Assembly: GCF_006345805.1 (NCBI RefSeq)
Contig: NC_043009.1
Location: 65,596,001 to 65,660,000, forward strand
DNA: 64,000 nucleotides
Direction: 5' to 3'
Source of the DNA: Octopus sinensis
Taxonomy: Eukaryota
Positions 39,751-54,296 of the stretch are shown one piece after another. Each line of letters opens with the position of its first letter. The first letter of the stretch is position 1. Below the pieces are notes generated by a model. That model was not told the DNA's origin and made no database searches. It saw nothing but the letters and a program-made list of their open reading frames with translations. The translations under genes were made by a program, and so were the position numbers.

Positions 39751-41489
39751 CATATATATATATGTGGGTATTGTAGTCTGCTAGAAGCATTGCAATGTGT
39801 GTAAATGAGATAAATGATTGAAAAACCTTTGAGCAATGCAGGTGAGAAGTTAGGCAAAGTTATAATAGGTATTTTCAATGAATGAAAACGAAGAGAAAAG
39901 ATATTATATTAACTTACACAGGTTGTTTAAAATATCTTATAATATTTCGAGAAAAGTTCCCCTTTTCAAACAGAAGAGAGAAGTTAATCAGAGTTCGCTA
40001 TTCTTGTGAGATGTCAGTAGAAAATAGAATGGCTTGTCGATAACAACTGGAAGAGGAGTTTAAGGATCGCTCGATTACCAATTCTTTGTTTTTCTGTTCT
40101 TATTGACTTCGAGGTTTAAACCCATGAGAGCTCGGACGTACTATTACTGGGTATGTATAAATGGTTTGCCAACTTAGTTCTAGCAACAACTTCACAGATC
40201 AACTGTATCAGTTATTCTATGGTTTCACATAATTTGAGAAAAATATAGTAGATTGTGACTGATATATAGGCATTTTAATTTTTTTTTTCTTTTCAGAGAG
40301 AGAAATGAAAATTTACAGTAAGGTATGGCTAAGGACGAGATTGTGTTCTCTTCCTCTATGCCATCTGTTTTGTTCCAGTGAATAAAGCTCCGATTTTGCT
40401 TTACTGGGTGACGGTTATGTTGCATTCGATGTAGTTTAGTTTTTTATAAATAAATGTTGGTTCTGCTGGATTTTTAGTACAGAAGACGCAGAGGATTCGA
40501 CTTACGTGAGCACCAAACAGATTATAGATGTATGTATGCATGTATGGTTTCCTTTGAGTTTTAAGTTCTCCTTCAGAGAGTTCAAGCTGTTCGCTAAAAA
40601 CATTTTAAGTTAAGAGAGTTCCCGATCTTTTAAATATGAGGTTGAATTGGGGTATTGGTTGTATTTTCGGGGCACACAAGCAAGTTTGGACAGCTATTCA
40701 GAAAATTGCTAATGGAGAATCTTTGGAATGTCTTGCCAAGATCCAATGTACCGCCAATAGATTGGATTTAAAATATGTATGTATGTCATTATTCAGTTTA
40801 TTTCAAGATTTTTTGCTGATAGAGAAAAAGCCGGTTTCTAACCTAGGTCTAAGGTTCCTTCATTGGAATTTCAACATCAAAAACAGGGTATTTTTTTTTG
40901 TTTGTTTGTATGTATGTGCAAATTTGTATGTTTTATGTATGTATTCTCATGCATATAGTTGCATATCTAAACACGCCCATATATATTTAAATGATAAACT
41001 TCTGGAATGTTTTGTATGTATGCATTGTGTATGTCTCTTTTTCTGTTTGTCTTTCTGTCTGTTTCTTGGGATGTGTGAATGCATACGGCCTGAAATTATA
41101 CAATGAACCGGTTGCCTCTGTAAATACCTTCATATTGTTCATGATCATGGGTGCATGGTCTGTGGTAATGCTGTTTTCATGAGGTCGATGAGTTAGCGTT
41201 TTAACCCCCATCACGGAATGGGTCGCTGTACACCGTCGGAGGAACTTTTACCAACAAAAGTGAGTTTGAAGTGTATCTTGCTGCGCTCACTAAAGGCGAA
41301 TCATTGAAAGTATGTATATATGAGCGTAACACTGCGTGTATGTATGCATGAACGTTTGTACGTATGCATGTCCGTACGTATGTATGCATGTCTGTATATG
41401 TATGTGTGCGTGTATGTATGTATGTATAAATATATATGTATATATATGTATATGTATATACATGTATGTATACGTGTATATACATATGT

Positions 41490-42240
<751 letters not shown>

Positions 42241-42579
42241 TTCCTCCTTACGTCGTTTCTGACTCCTTGCTTCCTGATTCCCCATAATTTGTATTTGCCT
42301 TCGAATATCTTCTTTTTTTTTTGTTTATATAATTTCTGTGTTGTCGTTTCCCATGTATTCGCTAATCGTTGGTTTGTCTTCTATATTTTAGCTGAAATTA
42401 ACTCCACAATAGCCCTATCGTTAAATAAAACTTATTGAAAAATGATGGATTGGTGAAACAACCTGACTTCACGTGATATCACCGAAAGAAAAGAACAGAA
42501 AAAAAGGGCATAAAAAAAGGGACGTAAACAAACAAATGAACGCCGAGAAAAATGGAGTTTCCCGCTGTGAACTCACGTA

Positions 42580-42723
42580 ACGCACACGCACACACATAAA
42601 CACACACACACACATACAGAAACACATATACATATACATACATGTACGTATACAGACATCCCAAAGAAACACATGTATTCTGAGAAACATACAAACTAAT
42701 TCCCAGCCCCCAAAAATTAAACG

Positions 42724-42792
<69 letters not shown>

Positions 42793-43320
42793 ACACACGC
42801 AAACACTTAGGAAAACACATTCATATAAAACGCATACACATACACACAGAATAACAGCGACGCTTACACATACAGACAAACAAAGCACAGAATCACACAT
42901 CCATGCAAGGCAATACAGCTATACACAGATGCACACACACTCACACGTATGCACTTACATGCACAAACTCGCACACACGCAGAAATGCAGTCACTAACAC
43001 TTTTGCATAAAATACACATCCTTGCACACACAAACACACACACACGCACAGCGTGCACACATACACTCATGCGCACGCGCATACACACATATACATTTAG
43101 AAATACATACACAGACTCACGTAATTTCAAACACACAGCTACATTCACTCACATTCACAGATATACATATATATAAAGAAACGTGCATTACACACACACA
43201 CACACACACGCACACACACACAAATACATTTAAGTAGACACGTACATTCATACACACAGAAACAAGCACACGCACACACACACTCATCAAAACATGCGCA
43301 CATACACATACACACTTGGC
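42580..43320. repeat. Degenerate (CA)n region
   Basis: Read directly from the sequence. Confidence 0.9.
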
Positions 43321-43360
43321 ATTGATTAAACACTACAAATAAAATAACGTAATTTGCAGA

Positions 43361-43527
43361 GGGCTGGCTGTGTGCTAAGAAGTTTGCTTCTTAACCACAT
43401 GGTCTCGGGTTCAGTCCCACTGCGTACCACCTTGGACTAGTGTCTTCTAATTTAACCCCGGGTCAACCAAAGCCTTGTGAGTAGATTTGGTAAAGGGGAA
43501 CTGAACGAATCCTGTCATTCATATATA
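43361..43527 (+). mobile_element. SINE group A, older 5' half
   Basis: Diverged head through GAACTGAACGAATCCTGTC, then (AT)n. Confidence 0.75.
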
Positions 43528-43529
43528 TA

Positions 43530-43915
43530 GACGCAGGAGTGGCTGTGTGGTATGTAGCTTGCTTACCAACCACATGGTTCCGGGTTCAATCTCACTGCGT
43601 GGCACCTTGGGCTAATGTCTTCTACTATAGCCTCGTTCCGACCAAAGCCTAGTGTGTGGACTACGTAGACGGAAACTGAAAGAAGCCCGTCGTATATGTG
43701 TGTGTGTGTTTGTATGTTTGTGTGTCTGTGTTTTTCCCCCACCATCACTTGACAACCGATGTTGGTGTGTTTACGTCTCCGTGACTTAGCGGTTCAGCAA
43801 AAGAAACCGAAAGAATAAGTACTAGGCTTACAAAGAATAAGTCTTGGGGTCGATTTGTTCGATTAAAAGTGGTGCACCAGCATGGCCGCAGTCAAATGAC
43901 TGACGCAAATAAAAG
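43530..43915 (+). mobile_element. SINE group A, full length
   Basis: Complete unit starting right after the (AT) tract of the previous copy. Confidence 0.9.
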
Positions 43916-44841
43916 CCCCCTTTCTAGAACCTTCGGCAAAATTGATTGGCGAGGAAAACTTGCACACTTCCTTAAATATTTGCCACCTTACCTACAATAA
44001 GTTTGCCACTGGTCATTGGCCAAGCTATTTTTCACGAAGGTCTTAATACTGGTGTGGTAACATTTTCCCTCTTTTAAGGTAATACGTAGGTTGTGGTTCT
44101 GAGCTGAGAAAATGCGAGGGCTATGGCTTAAACTTAACAGGGACCTTGCTATAAAATAAAACAACCGTATTTTGAGAGAAAGGGTTGATTCCTGTACATG
44201 CGTAGTTACATTTTAATGGGTATACTTGGATCCATGTTTCTGCTGTATGAGGAAGCGGTCGAGATGTGGCGTGATTCTTTTACAATTCACAATCATTGCT
44301 GACATGTGTGGTTATGTCGAACAGCTGCTGTCACGAGTTGGACATATCTGGCAGTCGGTCGACTCCATTGTGAAGATCACCTCACCACATTCGTTTGGCT
44401 GGAATGGGCAGAAAGCTTTCTTCTGACGGCTGGCCATGGCGGAAGAGGTTGTGTGGTGGACGAGACGGAAATGACCGAAGATAGAACCTTTGCTCTTCGG
44501 ATAAACTCATATTAACATTTTCGAGTTCGATTCTACTAGATAGTGAGGGTTGAGAGGGAGCTAACATTCTCTAGTAAAATTCTTGATAGGTTGGTGAAAG
44601 TGGTGCGATTTGTCCCAGATGAGGAAACGGATGGGAGAGGGGACCCCCACCCCACACTCCACTGGAGCTCTTGGTTATCTGAGTGTTCTAGGATCAGTGG
44701 GGTTTCTTTGGTTACACCAGAATGCTTCTCATCCACTATGGAAGAACTTTATTCACAATATTGTCATACTTGGAGATGGTCATAGTTTCCCATCATATAT
44801 TTAGACTTCACTTCAACTTTATTATTATTATTATTATAAAT

Positions 44842-45417
44842 CAGTGAGAGAGCAGTGCATGCCATCAAAGTGACACTGGGGTAAAATATACGAAGCCCAG
44901 TATACCCATCGTGACTACCCGTCTGATAAGGGTACACCAGGCACATGCATCACAACAATATGTGCGCGACATGGAGATCTCCTATCAAGATAAACAGCAC
45001 ATGACCTTGCAGGTGGGGCCCAGTTAGAATTTTCTTTTGATCGAGTAGCCCATCCCGCTCAAAAGGTCCCTGAATAGGAGTTGCTTAAGTATGTTGAAAG
45101 AACCAACCATGTTTCCAAAGGTGAATTATCCAAACCTCCAAGAATTCCTTTCAACACACGGCTATGATGCTCCCCCACTACTTCTGCTCATGATCAGAGA
45201 TGCCACCAAGGGACTTGCTCAACTGGTTATGGTCAAACAACTGACAAGCAAATCTGTGGTATTGAGCAGAATATTTGCTGTAGCACATCTTTTATACTAA
45301 GACAAAACAATGTGCATGATAACACTTCAATTCAGCTAAGATCAGAGGCCATGTGAGCCACTGTCTGGTTCTGCATCAGGGCATTGAGAGCCACTGTCTG
45401 GTACTGCATCAGGGCAT
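44842..45417 (-). mobile_element. ~560-bp (TAA)n-embedded element, copy 2, with a duplicated 5' ~33 bp
   Basis: Reverse complement of 28678-29210. The ATGCCCTGATGCAG.ACCAGACAGTGGCTC block occurs twice (45352-45417). TTA tracts on both sides. Confidence 0.8.
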
Positions 45418-45445
45418 ATTATTATTATCATTATTATCATTATCA

Positions 45446-45565
<120 letters not shown>

Positions 45566-45584
45566 CATTATTATCATTTTGCTT

Positions 45585-45749
45585 CTTTGTCAAAGCTCTT
45601 TCATCACACATCTTGTAATATTTTCAGCGACTCTTTATCCCATGTATCTTTTTAAAAACAGAATGGACAGTGCAGAACAAGAGGAGACAGGTGGAATAAA
45701 CAGAGGCTAAAAAGGTTACGAGATGTGTGACGGAAGAGCTTTGGCCAAG
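45585..45749. repeat. 44-bp imperfect inverted repeat with a 77-nt spacer
   Basis: 45585-45628 pairs with 45706-45749: 36 Watson-Crick pairs, 4 G-T and 4 mismatches. Confidence 0.85.
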
Positions 45750-46947
45750 AAATAAAAATAATAATAGTAAAGCTGAAGTGAAGACCGAACGTACAGTGCG
45801 TGTGTTTAATTGGCTAAATACGACCGTCCCACAATAGAACACTATCTGTTTCAAATCACGATTTCACATCGAGGACCTTGCGAAACAAAAACGTAAGCGT
45901 TATTCCTTATAATTTTCTTATTAATCGTTATTGTTTGCACGTGCAGATATAAATCTCTGCTGACATTTGTCTTTGTCTTGTCCTAAATGTGTTTCCGGAT
46001 CTTGTGACCTCAACAGAAAGTATTATTTTGCAACGGATCATTGCGTTTCGCATATACAACCTTCCGGGATCAGTAAAAACATATATTCTAGTTGAATACT
46101 ATGATCGGTCTAATCGATTATTTGCTGCTCCCCAAATTTGTGAGCTTCGGTTTAGTTTAGAAAACAATCTAATCAACAGTGACCCCCCCCCCCCCGCAAC
46201 CAAATTATCCCCAACGTGGTCTTGTACCCCTGCTAAAAGACATTATCCTTATCATTGCAGATTAAGTTTCACACAGTTGTTTAAATGAATGAATGACTGA
46301 AAGAAAGAGATCGAGAAAGAAAGACAGAGAGATTAGTTGAATGAAAGAGAAGAATAAATAAAGGCCGCCTCTCTTTCATTGTCATCTGATACTGAGAAGT
46401 GATTCTATACGCCTCCACGAGACACACTCCACCCATCTCCCCACACAGCCGCCCCCTCCACTGCTCACTTTCTCATTTCGTTTACATTCATTCACTCAAT
46501 GCCGAGCTGTCTTGCGCCTGCCCAGTTTGTCTTCTCATGACTCCTAAACACAAAAATTGCTTGTAATTAGCCAAAAGTTTCTGCACCCAGTTTCGTTTTT
46601 TTTTTCCCTCTTTTTTAATTAGTATATGCCTGCGTCAACAATGGAGGCCAGCCACATGGATGCCAAATGAGAAAGTAAAGGGAGAGGAGCATGGACAAAG
46701 AACGGGGTAGATGCGCCATTCACGTATAGTCTGTTCTTTACTGCGAACGTACACACACATACACACACGTGCGCACGCATTTACACACTACATTTATACA
46801 CACGTGTGTGTGTATGCATGCGTCACAGTGTGTGTGTGTGTGTTCGTGTGTATGCATGTGTGTGTATGTGAGTTTCTTTCGTATGTATTAGCTAATCATC
46901 TCGGCGATAGATTTCTGACACTCATTTTGCTATCGAGTAAAGAATTA

Positions 46948-47018
<71 letters not shown>

Positions 47019-47095
47019 CATTATTATTATTATTATTATCATTATTATTATTATTATTATCATTATTATTACTATTACTATTACTATTATTATTC

Positions 47096-47422
47096 TGGCG
47101 ACGTGCTGGCAGACTTGTTAGCACGCTGGACGGAATGCATAGCGGTATTTCGCTCGTCGCTACGTTCTGAGTTCAAATTCCGCCGAGGTCAACTTTACTT
47201 TTCATTCTTTCAGGGTTGATAACACAAGGACCACTTGAACACCGGAAGTCGATGTAATTCCCTTCCCAAAATCTGCTGCCCTTGTGGCAAAATTTGAAGC
47301 CATTATTGAAGCGACGAGCTGGCAGAATCGTTAGCACGCTGAACGACGTGCTTAGCGGTATTTCGCTTGCCGCTACTTTCTGAGCTCGAATTCCGCCGAG
47401 GTCGACTGTGCCTTACATCTTT
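47096..47422 (+). mobile_element. Two adjacent diverged SINE B copies
   Basis: Two head plus GAGTTCAAATTCCGCCGAGGTC blocks after a (TTA)n tract. Confidence 0.8.
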
Positions 47423-47697
47423 TAGGTAAACAAACAATCACCGGTTGTCAAGCAGAGCTGAGGAGCAAATGCACATACCTGCATGCATACACACACACAC
47501 ATATGTATACATAAATATATATACATACATATATATATATATACATATATGTATATATATATAAATATATATATATATATTATATATATATATATAATAT
47601 ATATATATATATAATATATATATATATATAATATATGTATATATATCTATACCTATATATATGTATGTATATATATATATATGCGCATATACACACA

Positions 47698-47850
47698 CGA
47701 ACGGCTTCTTTCGATTTCCGTTTACCAAATCCATTTAAATGACTTTGGTCGGCTGGGGGCTATAATAGAAGACATACTCCCAACTTGACAGACAGTGGGA
47801 CTGAACCCGGAACTAATTGGTAGGAAAGCAAACTTCTCATCACACACCCA
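47698..47850 (-). mobile_element. SINE group A, diverged 5' half
   Basis: GGCTTCTTTC...TAGAAGACA...CAGTGGGACTGAACCCGGAAC. Confidence 0.75.
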
Positions 47851-48312
47851 CGACTGCTTGCGTGCGAACATGCATGTGTGTGTGTATGTGTGTGTAAAAA
47901 TGGGTATGAATAAAATTCAGTAAAATCAAAGCATCCATACACGGATGAGAATCTATCATCTGGATTTGATAAAGATAAAATGGCTGTCGTTGAACTTTTT
48001 TGTATCTTTTTTATTGTTTTGTCATTTGGTTAATTTGTCTTTTTTTTTTTTTGTTCCTTCGTTTAATTGTTGCTTTCGTTGTAAAGTGTCCTTTGTCCTA
48101 ACACTGGAACTTGTCAATGTGTCGCTCGAAAGCCGAGGACTCCCTCTGCGATACTCCCGTAACTGCCACATCGCAAATACTCGCACCTGAAACACCTTTC
48201 AGCTGCACACGGCTTTTCCCTGCTCTTTATTTTTGTCTGGGGTGTTTGGATTTCACCATTGTATTCCATGGCAGCAGCAGGAGCAATAGCAGCAGCAGAA
48301 GCAGTAACACTG

Positions 48313-48389
<77 letters not shown>

Positions 48390-48439
48390 GAGCAGCAACA
48401 GCAACAGTAGTAGTATTAGTAGTAGTAACATTTTCCCTT

Positions 48440-48620
48440 TTTTCTTATACTAGTTTCAGCCATTAAACTGTGGCCATACTGGGGCATCACCTTGAAGAGT
48501 TTCAGTCGAACTCCAGTACTTATCGTTTTAAGCCGTATAATTATTGTTTCGGTATATTTTGTCGAACCGCTAAGTTATGGGATTGTCACGACATCGACAC
48601 CTTTTGCCAAGTGGTCGGGA
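48440..48620 (-). mobile_element. SINE A-related 3' fragment
   Basis: TAGTTTCAGC...TGTGGCCATACTGGGGCATCACC...GAACCGCTAAGTTA. Confidence 0.6.
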
Positions 48621-48736
48621 CGGGAGAACAACACATTCTCTCCATAAAACTGATAGAGGAAATCAGATGGTTAAAAGAGTAATGATAAACCAAGTAGATA
48701 ATACCTTGAATTTGGATGAACAAATTATTATTATTA

Positions 48737-48774
<38 letters not shown>

Positions 48775-49250
48775 TATTATTATTATTATCATTATTATTA
48801 TTATTATTAATGACTGGCTTTCAACAACTTGAGAAGCGGTAAACTCAATGACTTCGACGAAAACATCGCAATTAATGAATTAATATTTTCCTCTTAGTTT
48901 GGAGAAAGGAAACAAAAACCTGGCGGCAAATCCGAGTGGCACTCAACGTAAAGGGGAGATAATTTCGGGGGAAAATAGTTGTAGTAATAACAATGGAGGC
49001 ATGCGTAATAGCAGTGTGTTGGTGATTCGCTACTCCTGGCAGGTGATGCTTTTCTACCAATCATGCGACGACCCTCCAACCCATGGGTCTATTTCGGTAG
49101 TCGTTGTTGGTGAGGGTTTTACGAGGCTGGGGGACAAATCTTTCCTCAACCTCTTTCAGTGAAAATGTTGGGTCTATTGTTTTAAATGCTGGTCCCCACA
49201 CAGTACAAAATGTGAACTAAGAACGTAACGAGTCGTACATAAAAACAGCG

Positions 49251-49375
49251 GAGTTTGGCTCGAAACGTTAAATCCTCTTTCCTTCCTTTCCTCAGCGTCT
49301 GATAATACAGCACTTGTACCACGTCCTCGCGTTGTTGTTTTTACTTGTCTGTCCTTTGTTTGGATTCACTATATT
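49251..49375 (+). mobile_element. Family 1 terminal repeat, truncated inside the hammerhead-like motif
   Basis: GAGT(TTG)GCTC-GAAACGTTAAA plus the downstream sequence shared with 22833-22949. No CTGANGA-like half. Confidence 0.6.
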
Positions 49376-49933
49376 ACCTTGTAATGCAGCTAACTTAGAA
49401 TTCATCATTTTCGTTGAGAACCGTTTCTCCTACACAGTCCCATACATACCTTCCTCCCTTTAAATCTTCTACACAAACTCGATCGTAAAAGATAGGGTGC
49501 CAGTCCTGTTGGACAGACTAATTTATGCGCTGAGTTGAAAACTAAGAAAAGCTGGGAGAAAGATGATTTGCGCCTCATCAGAACGGAACATGAAAATAAG
49601 AATTCAGAACTACAAGCACCAATATCAACCTAGATCACCTCCCACGACCACTATCAATACTACAGCCAATACCATCACCACTACCAACAACAACAGCAGT
49701 AACAACACTGCCACTTCACAGCGCACACGTTTTACTCCAAATGCCATGAAGTTGTGATACGTGTGAGACGGGTGGCGCCGACGTCGTTTACTCAACCATG
49801 ACGTCTTTGATGCGTCAACCAACTGGAAATCTAGACGGCCGTTTCTCCAGTTAAGCTTCCAGTTAAGCTGATGACGTCAGAAGATTATCACACCTTGAGT
49901 ATTAAAAAAAAAATTAATCTCGGCTTAAACTTT

Positions 49934-50760
49934 ATCACCACCACCGCCACCATCACCATCATCATCACCATCACCATCATCATCACCATCACCATCATCA
50001 CCACCACCACAACTACCATAACCACCACCATCACCACAACTACCATAATCACCACCACCACAACCCCCGTAACCACCACCACAACCACCACCACCACCGT
50101 CACCATCATCACTACCACCACCACCACCACCATCATCATCCCCACCTTCACCATCATCATCAATGCCTTCACAACCATCACCACCACTACCACAACCAAC
50201 ATCACCACCAATGCCATCATCACTACCATCACCACCATCATCATCACCACCATCACCATCTTCACCATCATCATCACCACCATCATCATCAATGCCATCG
50301 CAACCGTCACAACCACTACCACCACCATCACCATCACCACCACCAACATCACCTCCATCACCACCAACACCACTACATGCAACACTACCACCACCATTTC
50401 CCCCACTGCTACCACCACCAGCTTTAACCCTATCCGCACCGTTACCTTCCTCGTTAGCTCTTCTAATGGCACCAGGCAGCCTTCGCCCCTCCCAACTTCT
50501 ATGCTTCATCACCGTCATCACCGCCATCATCGCTAGCAACATCAACCACGATTACCATTCCTGACTCGACCAACCATCACAAACCCCACCGCCATTACAA
50601 CGATTTCCTCCCTCACTACCCCTACCCCACCACCACCATTACTTCCACAACTACCACAACTACCACAACCACCACAACTACCACAACCACCTCAACCACC
50701 ACCATCACCACCAACACACTACAACCACAACATCACAACCTCCACCACAACCACCACCAC
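49934..50760. repeat. Cryptic (CAC/CAT/AAC) trinucleotide tract, ~820 bp
   Basis: Read directly; source of the Thr-, Gly/Asp- and Pro/Ser-rich ORFs. Confidence 0.93.
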
Positions 50761-51875
50761 AGAATGACAAACACGTTGGACAATGAAGTTCTGGATTTAT
50801 ATAATACGCGGGATTGTCACAGTTGGATTGCTTCTGATCATAGGGCTAAAGAACAACAACAACAACAACCACAAAATAGATTGCAGTAACAACACCTCCA
50901 ATCATCGCAATTTCGGTTTCAAATCCACACACCAGCACTTTATTTAATTTTTGCAGATATTAATGCGTTTGTTTTTTGTTTTGTTTTTTTTTAGTATTTA
51001 TTTAAATTCTTGCATTTGTTTGTTTATCTATTTATTTATTTATTTTAATATTTTCATTTTTTCCGTTGTGTTTGTTTAATTTTGTCTGTCGTCACCTCGG
51101 CTAATTTCATCCTTCTCACCGCATCGTATTGGCACAACTGTTACCCTCTTCCTCACAAACGTCAAATAGAAACATCAACAGCAACACCACAACCACCACC
51201 ATCACCACCACCACCACCACCACCAACAACAACGACAACAACCTCATCTAAACATAATCACATTCTCCTTTCTCTCCTCCATTTTTGTCCTTTTTTATTC
51301 ACCGCCATATTGTTCGGTCTCCCATTGTTGTTTCTTTGTTAGTGCTTTTTTTTTTGTTTGTTTATTCTTTTTTTTCATTCTCGACTCTCTTGCTGAGTTT
51401 TTGCACCAAAATTTGACACGTGTTTCGATACCAACGTCAAGAGAAAGCGAACTTGGGTCCATTTTACCATATGGTCAGACCATATTGACAGACTACACAA
51501 ATCCCTCCAAACACCCACCGTATCTCTTCATTCCTAGCTTCCTGTTAAGCCTAATCCAATTACCTCGTCCGACTGATCTCAGCCGAGAGGAGCGGGCAGA
51601 GACAAGTAAACCATATTGACGTCCACAACCTATCAACCAATATCGACCACTCTCCCTACCACAGTCTCTCTCTCGCTCTCCCTTTCTCTCCCTCTCTCAT
51701 TCTCTCTCTCTCTTATGTTCTTCCTTTCATTCACTTTTGCTTCTTTTTGCTTACTTTCGATTTCCTCTCCCACTCTCCGCTGCACCCGAAAGTCACTTTC
51801 TTTCATGTTATTATCAAATTGTGTTTTATCAATCTACATACCTATAGCTGTTTATAACAAGATTTGGTGGGGTAT

Positions 51876-51910
<35 letters not shown>

Positions 51911-51916
51911 TATATC

Positions 51917-51948
<32 letters not shown>

Positions 51949-51960
51949 TAGTTATATATA

Positions 51961-52048
51961 TCGTTTTTGGATTTGGTTTGCAAGATTCTTTTACCGGTGA
52001 GTGTGTTACATAATAAGACACAAAAAGAAAATGACTCTCCCCAGACAG
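51961..52048. mobile_element. Family 2 fragment with an internal inversion junction
   Basis: A reverse piece (TCGTTTTTGGATTTGGTTTGCAAGATTC) is joined at TTTTA to a forward piece (TTTACCGGTGAG...CCCCAGACAG). Confidence 0.7.
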
Positions 52049-52050
52049 TA

Positions 52051-52225
52051 GGCGCAGGAGTGGCTGTGTGGTAAGTAGCTTGCTAACCAACCACATGCTT
52101 CCGGGTTCAGTCCCACTGCGTGGCATCTTGGGCAAGTGTCTTCTGCTATAGCCCCGGGCCGACCAATGCCTTGTGAGTGGATTTGGTAGACGGAAACTGA
52201 AAGAAGCCTGTCGTATATATATATA

Positions 52226-52260
<35 letters not shown>

Positions 52261-52492
52261 CATGTGTGTGTGTGTTTGTGTGTCTGTGTTTGCCCCCCCT
52301 AGCATTGCTTGACAACCGATGCTGGTGTGTTTACGTCCCCGTCACTTAGCGGTTCGGCAAAAGAGAATGATAGAATAAGTACTGGGCTTACAAAGAATAA
52401 GTCCCGGGGTCGATTTGCTCGACTAAAGGCGGTGCTCCAGCATGGCCGCAGTCAAATGACTGAAACAAGTAAAAGAGTAAAAGAGTAAAGAG
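52051..52492 (+). mobile_element. SINE group A, full length, young subfamily
   Basis: Complete unit sharing diagnostic CCGACCAATGCC and CTGCTATAGCC with 17184 and 57111. Confidence 0.93.
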
Positions 52493-52829
52493 AGACACAA
52501 CAGAATATATATATATATATATTTAAAACTATAAATTAGGGTATCTGAGAGATACCACCATGCTGAAATATGAGTCAAAACCCTGACCCTAAAGCCACAC
52601 AAAATGTTCATATAGCGCTAGGAGAGAAGACAGAGAGACAAAATAAACTAGCAAAAAAGATCTTTCTGGATAATTGAAGGTCCTGGATTTCTGGCTTTGC
52701 ATAAGAGAAGCTCTGCCTTCGTCAGTTGAATATACCAGATAGCACATAAATACAGATATATATAGAGAGAACATACGTTATACTTACATATACGAACGCT
52801 CATACATACATATATACGCACGTATGTAC

Positions 52830-53357
52830 AAGACCTGCTTAGATTGTCCGCCTAACAGCTCCCCGTGCGATTCATACGTCTAAGTGTCTCTTCTAATTTC
52901 TTAACTAGGTCTCCCTCTATTTTATTTCGATCTATCGCTAAACCTTTGCTATAACTAACCGATTCTGCTTTAACTGTCCTCTCTTGGGCAAACCACTATT
53001 TGTTGTTGACAATGGCTTCTGTCCCAACACTCTCCTAACTAATGTGTTAATCTGGTCTTTGTAACCCTGTTGCGCTGGGAGCGACGCGTTCAGCTTCCAA
53101 TATCTGGGGCCCTGCCTATGATTCTTATCTAAGTCGAGCGTACACGTCACGAATATATGATCTGTGTAGCTGACTATGTGAAATTTTGAACAACCTATAC
53201 TATCCTTATCCACTGCCCTACAGTATATTGTATCTAAATAAGATCTGGACAAACCGATATGGTTGGTCCATGTTCACGTTGGCAGATTTGTGCAGTACAG
53301 TCGGTACCTGTCAGACAGAGGAAAACGTCTGAGCAGGTCTCTGAGGAATTTGCACCC
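52830..53357 (-). mobile_element. Tx1/L1-clade APE endonuclease C-terminal relic
   Basis: Minus strand reads LRDLLRRFPLSDRYRL...TWTNHIGLSRSYLD...SYTDHIF...GPRYWKLNASL: the endonuclease SDH-type motif plus the Tx1-type YWKLN motif. Confidence 0.85.
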
Positions 53358-53729
53358 CCTTCTCTTTCTATCGATACCTACATATACACAGACAGACAGA
53401 TAGATAGTTAGATCGATCTGCATTTGTGTACATCTGCGTGAGCACTTACACACACAATCCTTCTTCAGTCGTCACGCGCTGATCACGTTATGTTTTTATC
53501 TAGTCCCGTTCTGTCGACAATGTTTTAATTTTATAGTGAAAACAGTACATCCATTAATATGAAAAATAAAATATTTTCAGAATTTAGAAATACATCTCTA
53601 AATATTCTTGAAAACACGTTGCAAGAACTAATGAATTCCATTTTTTTTGTTCCAGATTGCGGTCGGCAGCCATACAACGTTGTGCAACTCTGTGTTTCTT
53701 TTCCTAAATCACTTCAGCTTTTTCGAGAT

Positions 53730-54040
53730 AAAGTACAGTGAGAATAAGTACATCGTACTTACTTCACTGAAAATAACATTAAGAAAAGAGATTCAGACAG
53801 TCAGTGAGAAGCAGCTCGTCACTCCCTTGTCCAAATATATTTGGTATTTAAAGGAAGATAATATTAACGATTATGAAATTGATTGGTCCCTTGGTGGACG
53901 TGAACCCCGCCCGACAATTTTAATTGTTGCCGAAGATGTGAAATGTGTCAAGGAAGATCTTTGGGAATTTTAATTGTTGCCGAAGATGTGAAATGTGTCA
54001 AGGAAGATCTTTGGGAATTTTGAACAGAAGGTTAGGATTA
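53730..54040 (+). mobile_element. Penelope-like GIY-YIG endonuclease C-terminal relic
   Basis: ENKYIVLTS...TPLSKYIWYLKEDNINDYEIDWS (53821-53889), resembling YIGLT...TELSKYIW.LK...Y.I.WS, followed by CEMC in another frame. Confidence 0.55.
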
Positions 54041-54253
54041 GTGAATTCTTGCATACAATTCCACCGAAATTTAAAACGACTTATTTCTTCACAAATTCAG
54101 TTGTAAAATAGCTTATATCCTTTATAATCACTTTATTATAAACGAAAAGCTGATCAATAAATACAGCGGGAGAGAGAGGGGTGGGTGGGAGAGAGAGATG
54201 GAGAAAGAGAGAGGAATCATTATTCATCCAACATCTAAATAATTCATTAAAAA

Positions 54254-54296
<43 letters not shown>

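Noticed and set aside
44200-44800. Possible I/Jockey-like LINE C-terminal relic on the minus strand
   Set aside because: Only scattered resemblance (GEVIFT, a Cys/His-like region) across frames. Too weak without a profile search.
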